From: Gammaproteobacteria bacterium
GTDB taxonomy: Bacteria > Pseudomonadota > Gammaproteobacteria > Steroidobacterales > Rariloculaceae
Direction: 5' to 3'
NCBI GenBank assembly: GCA_050485645.1
Contig: JBJHBT010000017.1
Location: 2,752 to 66,751, forward strand
Length of the DNA: 64,000 nt
In this document: positions 17,797 to 25,797 of the stretch, piece after piece
How the letters are laid out: each line of letters starts with the position of its first letter
Numbering within the stretch: position 1 is the first letter of the stretch
The notes under the pieces: generated by a model
What the model was told of the DNA's origin: nothing
The model's database searches: none
What the model saw: the letters and a program-made list of their open reading frames with translations, nothing else
Program-made: the position numbers and the translations under genes

Positions 17797-20048
17797 AGTC
17801 GCCCCCACGCCAGTCGTAGCACCCATTCTCCGGCCTTCAGCAGCAGCAGCAGCAGAAAGGCGAAAGGCATGTTCCACAGGTCCAGTATGTGTCGCTCGAC
17901 GATGCCGGCTTCGGAATAGCGCACGGCCTCGGGCAGGCTGTGCAGATCGCTGAGCGCGAAATAGCGCCCGCCGGTGGCGTCGGCCAGACGTTCAAGCAGC
18001 GCGCGGTTGTGTTGAAACCGGAAGTGTTCGGAGACGCCCGCTTCGCGGCGTACCGCATACTGCGCCGAACCGACCTGTTCACCGTCGACGCCCGCGCTCG
18101 CCGAGAAGCGCACCACGCCGGAACCGGACGGATCGTACACGGCCGCGAACACGCCACGCTCACCCGCCACCGGCTGCATCGGCAAGGTCGTCGCGGGGCC
18201 GCGACCGGTATCCACCGACAGGATGACTTCGGCCGTGTCGGCCGGGTTGTAGCTGCGATCACGAACTTCGGCACGCAGTTCGATGGCACTGTCGTCGCCA
18301 TAGAACGTGCGTTCGCTGGTCAGTGTGACCGGAGGCGGACTGTGCGCGACCAGCGCCTGCATCAGCTGGCGCCAGAACGTCTCGTGACGCTCGTCGGTAT
18401 GTGGCAGCTGCATCTGCCAGCGCCATGTACCGCCCGTCGCCAGCACATAGGCGCTGCCGGCGCCGAAACGCTGATGTGCCAGCAACGGATACACCGTATT
18501 GGTGTTTCGTCCCTCGGGGCGCGCCTCAAGCAGCACGGTGGCACCGGGCTTCAGCGCGCCGGTGGCCTGGTAATCGGCGATGTTGGGCATTTCACGCCAC
18601 ATCGCGGCGTTCGCGGCGTCGTCCACGTCCAGACGCGTAATCAGCGACTGCACGCCTTCCGGTGTCAGCATCGGGCGTGCGGGCTCCCGCACGAACGTTG
18701 GCGCCGAGGGTTCGGGCAGCAGCACCGGCAGCACATCCGCCACTGAAGTGGAGCCCCAACCGCCATCGGCCAGTCCGCGCTGCCCGCCCAGCAACAGCAG
18801 GCTGCCGCCGCGGCGACTGACGAAATCACGCACCATGCGGCGCTGTGCAGAGGTCAGGGCGGCCGCCTCGATGCTGCCGATGATCAGTGCGTCGTAAGCG
18901 AACAGGGTTTCCTCGTCGTCGGGAAAGCCGGATTCGAGCTCCTCGGGCGACGCGATGCCCTGGCGATAGAACTTGTTCGGCGTCGTACGCAGCAGCGTGG
19001 CCAGGCGTACCGACGATCCTTCCGTCAGCGCTCGCCGCATGAACTTGTAGTCCCAGCGCGGCTCGCCCTCCAGGTACAGCACCTGGCGGCGCGCGGCGGG
19101 CACCTCCACCGGCCGAAACTGCGTGTTGTTGATCAGATTGCGCTCACCGGGCAGAGGATCCAGCGAGAAACGCAGATCCATCAATCCGGGCTCATCCACA
19201 TCCAGCTCTATCCAGCGGGTGGTGACGCCGACGCGATCCGGCAGGTTGATGGTGCGCGAGGCGATGATCGCATCGCCGTTGTAGACACGCAGATTGGCCT
19301 GCGCGGCACGCGCATGGCGGACACTGACCTGGGCACTGACGCTGGAGCCGGGCAGCACCTGCTGCGAGATGACGACGTTCTCGAGCTCGATGTCTTCGGG
19401 GATGATCTCGCGGCCAACGCCGACGGTGTGCACCGGCACACCATGGGAGGCGATCTCGGCGATGCGTGCGGCGTCGAGGCGATCGGAATTGTCGGCGCCA
19501 TCACTGACCAGAATGATCGCACCCAGCGAGCCGGACTGTGCGGCACGCAGCACATCCAGCAGAGCGTCCCCGATATGGGTTACCGCGCCGGGAGGTGGCA
19601 CGTCGTCGAGCGACGTCATCGCAATCGCATCGCCGGCGAACGCGAACAGTTCCAGATCGAACTGGGACTGCAGTTCCGGCAGCGCGCGTTCATTCAGTGC
19701 GGTAACCGCCTGCTCCAGGCGGGAACGGTCGTTGTCGCCGTAGCCCATGCTCGCCGAGGTATCAAGCAGCACGGCAACGGAATTCTCCTGAGCACGCAGC
19801 GTCTGGGTCATCAGGGCCGGCTGCCAGGCCAGCACCAGCACGACGGCAATCATCAGCGCCTGAAGGACGCCGATGACTGCCAGCCGCCCTGGACTGAGCA
19901 GCCCCCTTCGACGCGCCAGCATGATCGTGACGGCGATGGCGCCGGCAGCGATCAGCAGCGCCAGCAGCCAGACCGGCCAGCCGCTCGCGAAGAGGAACTC
20001 GCCCCTTTCGTAGGTCGTACGGGAGTACTTGAATAAAAACTCGAACAC
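17793..20048 (-). CDS. Membrane-anchored vWA + Ig-like + GATase1-like (DUF1355-type) protein
   Basis: Two N-terminal TM helices, MIDAS DTSAS...T...VSDG, VLYLEGEPRWDYKF, GGSLLLLGG, C-terminal TM helix. GTG start. Confidence 0.8.
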   Translation of the reverse strand: MFEFLFKYSRTTYERGEFLFASGWPVWLLALLIAAGAIAVTIMLARRRGLLSPGRLAVIGVLQALMIAVVLVLAWQPALMTQTLRAQENSVAVLLDTSASMGYGDNDRSRLEQAVTALNERALPELQSQFDLELFAFAGDAIAMTSLDDVPPPGAVTHIGDALLDVLRAAQSGSLGAIILVSDGADNSDRLDAARIAEIASHGVPVHTVGVGREIIPEDIELENVVISQQVLPGSSVSAQVSVRHARAAQANLRVYNGDAIIASRTINLPDRVGVTTRWIELDVDEPGLMDLRFSLDPLPGERNLINNTQFRPVEVPAARRQVLYLEGEPRWDYKFMRRALTEGSSVRLATLLRTTPNKFYRQGIASPEELESGFPDDEETLFAYDALIIGSIEAAALTSAQRRMVRDFVSRRGGSLLLLGGQRGLADGGWGSTSVADVLPVLLPEPSAPTFVREPARPMLTPEGVQSLITRLDVDDAANAAMWREMPNIADYQATGALKPGATVLLEARPEGRNTNTVYPLLAHQRFGAGSAYVLATGGTWRWQMQLPHTDERHETFWRQLMQALVAHSPPPVTLTSERTFYGDDSAIELRAEVRDRSYNPADTAEVILSVDTGRGPATTLPMQPVAGERGVFAAVYDPSGSGVVRFSASAGVDGEQVGSAQYAVRREAGVSEHFRFQHNRALLERLADATGGRYFALSDLHSLPEAVRYSEAGIVERHILDLWNMPFAFLLLLLLKAGEWVLRLAWGRL

Positions 20049-20056
20049 GACGGCCC

Positions 20057-20131
20057 TTAGTGCGTATCAACCAACCAATTGACACCAGCAAGGCGCACAA
20101 GTGCCGCAGCCGTCACCGCACGCTTCGCCAT
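20057..20131 (-). CDS. Putative 24-aa leader/uORF MAKRAVTAAALVRLAGVNWLVDTH
   Basis: GGAGG SD 7 nt before ATG 20131; the TAA ends 8 nt before the first operon gene. Confidence 0.35.
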   Translation of the reverse strand: MAKRAVTAAALVRLAGVNWLVDTH

Positions 20132-20219
20132 CACCACCCCTCCCTGGCACCGGCTCCGCACGGGCGTAAACGCGTGGAGCCGGATCCGGCGACGTCTGTC
20201 GTCGCTCAGTATTCGCGGC

Positions 20220-20228
20220 ATAGTATCA
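20220..20228 (-). promoter_or_regulatory. Extended -10 (TGaTACTAT), candidate promoter of the MoxR operon; overlaps a plus-strand TATCAT
   Basis: The clearest -10-like element I found in this divergent intergenic region. Confidence 0.4.
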
Positions 20229-20348
20229 TCTTCGCGCTGGCGTGCAGCAGGCACGCAGCAGCCCGCGGATGCGCCTCACAGGGCCTTGCGGAAACAACGC
20301 CTGGGGGTCCGCCCGCCACAACAGTCCGTCCCGTATGACGCTGCCCGT

Positions 20349-20624
20349 ATGACGCTGAATGAAAAAAAAGCCGTGGTCGCCCGATTTCTGCGACAGTGCA
20401 ACGAATACGCCCGCCACGAGCTGGCGCGCTATCGCACCGAACTGGATCAGGCCGAAGGCCGGCAGGCGCTGGCACTGCAGGACCGTATCGGTCACTGGAC
20501 CGCCTACATGGCCTTCAACGAATACACGCTGGAAGAACTCGACGGCGACATGCTGGATTCGTGGTTCGACGAAGTGGACGCGGCGGCAACCGGCAGCAGG
20601 CGCGGTCCGGACAGCGGACGCTGA
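20349..20624 (+). CDS. Small hypothetical protein (91 aa, alpha-helical)
   Basis: MTLNEKKAVVARFL...WTAYMAFNEYTLEELDGDMLDSWF; GC3-rich codons; SD of the next gene follows. Confidence 0.75.
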   Translation: MTLNEKKAVVARFLRQCNEYARHELARYRTELDQAEGRQALALQDRIGHWTAYMAFNEYTLEELDGDMLDSWFDEVDAAATGSRRGPDSGR

Positions 20625-20648
20625 CGCGCCGGCATCTGGAGCATCAGG

Positions 20649-22370
20649 ATGAGCATCAACAGCGCGGCAAACGCCGCCGTCACTGTCGCCGAAACCTTCC
20701 TGCGGTCGCTACGGCATCGTGGCATCGACCATGTATTCGCCAATGCCGGCACCGATCATGCGCCGATCATCGAGGCGATGGTCAAGCTGGCGGCGCTCGG
20801 CGAGCCGCTGCCGAAGTTTGTCACCGTTCCACACGAGAACCTCGCGGTGGCGATGGCGCACGGCTACTACCGGGTATCCGGAAAGCCGGCCGCGGTCATC
20901 GTGCATGTGACGGTGGGAACCGGCAATACGGTCTGCGCGATCATGAATGCCTGCCGCGACAACGTGCCGCTGCTGCTGATGGCCGGACGCACACCGATTA
21001 CCCAGTCCGGACACATCGCCTCTCGCACGCACCCGATTCACTGGGGCCAGGAAGCGTTCGACCAGGGCGCGGTGCTGCGTGAATACACCAAGTGGGACTA
21101 CGAACTGCGCGGCGGCCAGCCGGTGGACGAGGTGCTGGGGCGCGCGCTGGATGTCGCCATGGCCGAACCGCGCGGGCCGGTCTACCTGACGCTGCCCAGG
21201 GAGGTGCTGGCCGATCCGGATACGAATCCGGCCCTGGGAGCCGTGGCGCCACCCGCCGCCAGTCCGCAACCCGGCGCCGACCACCTGTCCACCGTCGGCG
21301 AGTGGATCGCGCAGGCTGTCTGGCCTGTCGTCGTCACCTCGCATCTGGGTCGTGATCCGGCCGCGGTGGCGGCACTGGCGGCGTTCGCCGATCGCCATTC
21401 GGTACCGGTCGTCGAAGCCAGTCCCACATGCCTGAATCTTCCGTGGGGTCATCCGCTGCACAGCGGTGTCAGCGGCACCACGCTGCTGGAGCAGGCGGAT
21501 CTGATCCTCGTCGCCGAAAGCGACGTGCCGTGGTTTCCGCGTGCGTTCACACCGGCGCCGCACGCGCGCGTGGTGCACCTGGGCGTGGACCCGCTGTACC
21601 AGCGTTATCCGATCCGCGCGTTTCCGGCCGATCTGATCGTGCCCGGCTCGGCCGCCACCGCATTCACGCTGCTGGATCAGTTTGTCGGCGAACGAACACC
21701 CGCCCATCCGGATGCTGCGGCCCGGCGACGACAGGCCGTGGCCGACATCGTCGCGGCGCGCGCCGCCGCACTGCAACACGAGATCTCGTCGGCGCGCCAC
21801 AGCAAACCGATCCGCTACAGCGTACTGGCCGACTGCCTGCGCACGGCGATGCCCGACGACAGCCTGCTGGTGTCCGAACTGGGCGTCTCACCCGCCCATC
21901 TGCAACTGAGTCGCCCCGGTTCGCTGCTCGGCGTGGGCATGGCCGGTGGCCTGGGTTTCGCACTGGGCGCATCGCTGGGCGCGAAACTCGCCGCACCCGA
22001 ACGCACCGTGGTCACGACGCTGGGCGACGGCAGCTACATGTTCGGCAATCCGACGCCGTTTCATTTCGTCGCCCGCGCGGCAGGTCTGCCAGTTCTTACC
22101 ATTGTCTGCAACAACCGGCGCTGGCAGGCGGTGGATTCGGCCACACGTATCGTCTATCCCGATGGCCTGGCCGCCGCTGAACCGGTCATGCCGCTGGTGG
22201 AACTGCAGCCGTCTCCCGAGTTCAGCCTGGTTGCACAGGCATCGGGCGCTTTCGCGCGCCGCATCGATGACCCCGATGAACTGCCCGAAGCGCTGCGTCA
22301 GGCCTTCGCCGCCATGGCCGAAGGCCAGCAGGCACTGCTGGACGTACGCATGGAACACGGCCGGCGCTGA
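20649..22370 (+). CDS. Thiamine-diphosphate-dependent enzyme (acetolactate synthase/benzoylformate decarboxylase-like)
   Basis: FANAGTD, PHENLAVAMAHGY, GDGSYMFGN...NN ThDP-binding motif. Confidence 0.9.
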   Translation: MSINSAANAAVTVAETFLRSLRHRGIDHVFANAGTDHAPIIEAMVKLAALGEPLPKFVTVPHENLAVAMAHGYYRVSGKPAAVIVHVTVGTGNTVCAIMNACRDNVPLLLMAGRTPITQSGHIASRTHPIHWGQEAFDQGAVLREYTKWDYELRGGQPVDEVLGRALDVAMAEPRGPVYLTLPREVLADPDTNPALGAVAPPAASPQPGADHLSTVGEWIAQAVWPVVVTSHLGRDPAAVAALAAFADRHSVPVVEASPTCLNLPWGHPLHSGVSGTTLLEQADLILVAESDVPWFPRAFTPAPHARVVHLGVDPLYQRYPIRAFPADLIVPGSAATAFTLLDQFVGERTPAHPDAAARRRQAVADIVAARAAALQHEISSARHSKPIRYSVLADCLRTAMPDDSLLVSELGVSPAHLQLSRPGSLLGVGMAGGLGFALGASLGAKLAAPERTVVTTLGDGSYMFGNPTPFHFVARAAGLPVLTIVCNNRRWQAVDSATRIVYPDGLAAAEPVMPLVELQPSPEFSLVAQASGAFARRIDDPDELPEALRQAFAAMAEGQQALLDVRMEHGRR

Positions 22371-22429
22371 GCGCCAGGCGCCCGGACGGCCCGGACGAAT
22401 CCGCTCAAACCCCCACCGGGCGCGTCAGC

Positions 22430-22622
22430 CCGGCTCGTTCATGAACGGCGACAACGTCAACGCCGGCCTGCTGCGGAGCAGTCCCCTTTCTCGGGGCGTC
22501 CGCGGCCATGGACGGCCGCGGCCGAGGCGCATGGACGCTCTTCCGCCGTCCCCGAAGATAAGGGGGCTGCTCCGCAGCAGACCGGCCACCACCGCGCTCA
22601 ATCCCGTTCCTGAACGATCCGG
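22430..22622. repeat. Nested palindromic intergenic element (MITE/REP-like or structured RNA)
   Basis: Outer IR 22430-22447/22605-22622 (16/18), inner IR 22462-22488/22560-22586 (25/27), and two internal hairpins with ATGGAC loops. Confidence 0.7.
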
Positions 22623-22624
22623 AG

Positions 22625-23320
22625 TCAACCTTCGCGGCGCAGCCGCCTGATCGCGGATCGGGCGCTGTCGAGGCGCTCAGGTGTGCCTGCATCCAGCCAC
22701 AGGCCGTCGAAGTGCACGCCGTGCAGTGCACCGCGGCCGATGGCATCGAGCAGCACCGGTCGCATCGGCAGCGGTCCGGCTGGCAGTGCGGTAAACAGTG
22801 CCGGAGAAAAGAGTCCGATGCCGGCGTATGTCAGGCGCGGCGCCTGATCGCGCAGGCGGCCGTGCGCATCCAGCGCGAAATCGCCATCGGGGTGATGCGG
22901 CGGATTGTCGACCATGACCAGGGTGCCCGACCATTGCCCTGGATCCGGGTTGTCCAGCGATCGCAGCAGTCGGGCAAAGTCGAGGCTGCACACCACATCC
23001 GAACTGACGACGAGGAATGGCTGATCGCCGAGCAGAGGCAGCGCATGCACGATGCCGCCGGCGGTTTCCAGCGGCGGTTCGCCCTCCTCGCTGTAGCGGA
23101 TGCCGGTCTGCCAGGCGCTGCCGTCGCCCAGCGCGTCGCGGATCTGCTGTCCTCGGTACGACAGGTTGATGACCAGCTCATGGACGCCCGCCGCCGCCAG
23201 CGCACGAATATGGCGCACGATCAGCGGCTCACCCCCGACTTCCAGCAGCGGTTTCGGTATGCGCCGGGTCAACTCACCCATGCGCTCGCCCCGTCCGGCC
23301 GCTAGAATCATCGCCTTCAT
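22625..23320 (-). CDS. murU: N-acetylmuramate alpha-1-phosphate uridylyltransferase
   Basis: MKAMILAAGRGERM..LT...PKPLL, LETAGGI, W.DAGTPERL; lies divergent from lptD as usual. Confidence 0.85.
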   Translation of the reverse strand: MKAMILAAGRGERMGELTRRIPKPLLEVGGEPLIVRHIRALAAAGVHELVINLSYRGQQIRDALGDGSAWQTGIRYSEEGEPPLETAGGIVHALPLLGDQPFLVVSSDVVCSLDFARLLRSLDNPDPGQWSGTLVMVDNPPHHPDGDFALDAHGRLRDQAPRLTYAGIGLFSPALFTALPAGPLPMRPVLLDAIGRGALHGVHFDGLWLDAGTPERLDSARSAIRRLRREG

Positions 23321-23439
23321 CGTGGGAGTATGCGCGCGCCCCCCGGCTGCCGCGACAGTCAAGACTGAAACCCCGCAACCGCCTGCAATGCCGGTGGCGT
23401 CTCCTGATTACGGTTCAACGCACGCATGAGTCCGCTCAT

Positions 23440-23455
23440 TGTAAACAACCTCACA
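23440..23455. promoter_or_regulatory. CRP-like box TGTAA-N6-TCACA
   Basis: 9/10 match to TGTGA-N6-TCACA, in the murU/lptD intergenic region. Confidence 0.4.
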
Positions 23456-23481
23456 TCGCTGCTGCCGCGGGACATTCGGCA

Positions 23482-25773
23482 GTGAATGCACGCCGATTCC
23501 GGCCGCGTCTGCTGGCGGGCCTGTGGCTGGCCGCCGTGCCGGCCCTGCACGCCATTGCACAACCGCCGTCGCAGCCGCCGACACCCGCGGCGACGCGATC
23601 GCCCGTGCCGGACATGATGGCCTGCCGGGTGGAACCTGTGTCGACGTCGATCATGCGCACGACGCCGGTTACCGCCGACCGGAGTGAACCGCGGGACGAC
23701 TCCGGCATGCTGGTGCTGGAAGCCGAACCGGGAGGCGAGTACCGATTCGACGCCGCAACCGGCGAGGAACGCTTTACCCTGTTCAGGTTTCGTTACCGCG
23801 ATCGCGTGCTGACCTCCGAGGAAGCCGTGTATTCTCCCGAACAGCAGCTGATACAGCTGATCGGTCAGGTGCTGTATACGGACTCGGACTTCACCGTTTA
23901 CGGGGAGAACGCCCGCGGTGATGAACGGGCCGGGAACGTGAGTTTCGACAGCGCGGGTTTCAACATTCCCCAGCGTCCGGCCCGCGGCGAGGCCACGCAG
24001 ATCACGCTGCGCGGCGATCGCACCATGTCGCTGGCGTCCGTATTCTTTACCACCTGCCCGGAAGATCGCACCGACTGGCGACTGCGCGCCGAACACATCG
24101 AAATCGACGCCGACCAGGGCATCGGCCGTGCGCGGCGGGTGCGGCTGGACTTCTTCGGTGTGCCGATCCTGTACGCACCACGGATGACGTTTCCGCTCGA
24201 CGACCGACGCAAGAGCGGCTTCCTCACACCCAGTTTCGCCGAGCGCGACCGCACCGGCTGGGACATCACCGCCCCGTACTACCTGAACATCGCTCCCAAC
24301 TACGACATGACGATCTCGCCACGCTACCTGAGCCGGCGTGGCGCACGACTGGACACCGAGTTCCGCTACCTCACACCGCGCAGCAGCGGCCAGCTGGACA
24401 TCGAATACCTGCCCGATGATCGTGAACTCGACCGCGACCGCAGCTACTTCGGCCTCCAGCACCAGACCCTGCTCGGACGGCGCTGGCAGATCCTGGCCGG
24501 CCTGGAACGCGTATCCGACGATGTGTACTTCGCGGACCTGGGTACATCGCTGGCCATCAGCAGCCAGACCCACCTGAACCGGTTTATTGATTTCGGATTC
24601 TTCACGCCCTACTGGTCGCTGCTGACGCGCGTGCAGAACTATCAGACCATCGATTCGCTGATCGAAGATGAATCCCTACCCTATGAACGCGTACCGCAGG
24701 TGCGGTTCGAGGGTACCTGGTATCACGGCCTGTTGACCTTCGACTCCACCGCCGAGCTCGTCAACTTCAATCGTGACACCGGCGATACGGGCTGGCGCTT
24801 TCACACCAATCAGGAACTCGCGTTCCGCTTCGCGCGGCCGGGCATGTACGTGACACCGGCCCTGTCGCTGCGCCAGACAAACTACTGGCTGGACGATCAC
24901 GAGCCGGGAACACCCGACTACATGTCGCGCACCGTGCCAATCGGCAGCGTGGACATGGGGCTGCGCTTCGAGCGGCTCACCGGCGATGGCGACCGATGGC
25001 TGCATACGCTGGAGCCGCGCCTGCTGTATCTGCGTGCGCCGTACCGCGACCAGGCGCAGTTCCCGGTTTTCGACACCATAGAACCCGACTTCAATCTCGT
25101 GCAGCTGTTCCGCAAATCGCGGTTCATCGGCCCCGATCGCATCGGCGATGCCAATCAGGTGAGCATCGGCCTCACCACGCGCCTGATCGACGCGCGCAGC
25201 GGCCGCGAACGGCTGACGGCGACGATCGGCCAGACCCGCTACCTGAGCACGCAGAACGTGACGCTGCCCGGACGTGCGCCGAACGACGCCAATGCGTCCG
25301 ACTACGTCGCCGAACTGGGGGTGGCTCTGAACCCCGCCTGGAACATGAATGTCGGCTACCAGTGGAATACGGTGACAGAGTCCACCGCGCGGGCTGAAAC
25401 CCGCTTTGAGTACCGGCCGCGGGACGACCGGCTGTTCGGCATCGGTTACCGGCACCGCAGCGGCTTCCTCGAGCAGGGCGACATCTCGCTGGTCTGGCCC
25501 GTTGCGGAGCGCTGGCGGGCCATCGCCCGCTACAGCTATTCCGTGCTCGACCGCGCGCCGTTGGAACAATTTCTCGGCTGGGAGTTCGAATCCTGTTGCT
25601 GGCGCGTGCGAATGGTGGGCCGGCGGTACGTGAGCCGGCGCACCGGCGAGTTCGACAGCGGCATATCGATTCAGCTGGAACTGCGCGGCCTGAGCCAGCG
25701 TGTGACCGCGCCGGAGGACCTGTTGGACCGTGGTATTCTTGGCTATCGGAGTATCGACGGCCGCGGCCTGTAA
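23482..25773 (+). CDS. lptD: LPS-assembly protein LptD
   Basis: FTTCP, PILYAP...FP.DDRRKSGFL.P, YYLNIAPNYD.T, SCCW, FSIQLELRGL-like C-terminus; precedes surA. Confidence 0.95.
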   Translation: MNARRFRPRLLAGLWLAAVPALHAIAQPPSQPPTPAATRSPVPDMMACRVEPVSTSIMRTTPVTADRSEPRDDSGMLVLEAEPGGEYRFDAATGEERFTLFRFRYRDRVLTSEEAVYSPEQQLIQLIGQVLYTDSDFTVYGENARGDERAGNVSFDSAGFNIPQRPARGEATQITLRGDRTMSLASVFFTTCPEDRTDWRLRAEHIEIDADQGIGRARRVRLDFFGVPILYAPRMTFPLDDRRKSGFLTPSFAERDRTGWDITAPYYLNIAPNYDMTISPRYLSRRGARLDTEFRYLTPRSSGQLDIEYLPDDRELDRDRSYFGLQHQTLLGRRWQILAGLERVSDDVYFADLGTSLAISSQTHLNRFIDFGFFTPYWSLLTRVQNYQTIDSLIEDESLPYERVPQVRFEGTWYHGLLTFDSTAELVNFNRDTGDTGWRFHTNQELAFRFARPGMYVTPALSLRQTNYWLDDHEPGTPDYMSRTVPIGSVDMGLRFERLTGDGDRWLHTLEPRLLYLRAPYRDQAQFPVFDTIEPDFNLVQLFRKSRFIGPDRIGDANQVSIGLTTRLIDARSGRERLTATIGQTRYLSTQNVTLPGRAPNDANASDYVAELGVALNPAWNMNVGYQWNTVTESTARAETRFEYRPRDDRLFGIGYRHRSGFLEQGDISLVWPVAERWRAIARYSYSVLDRAPLEQFLGWEFESCCWRVRMVGRRYVSRRTGEFDSGISIQLELRGLSQRVTAPEDLLDRGILGYRSIDGRGL

Positions 25774-25797
25774 CAAGCAGCCTGTAAGCCAAGTAGG

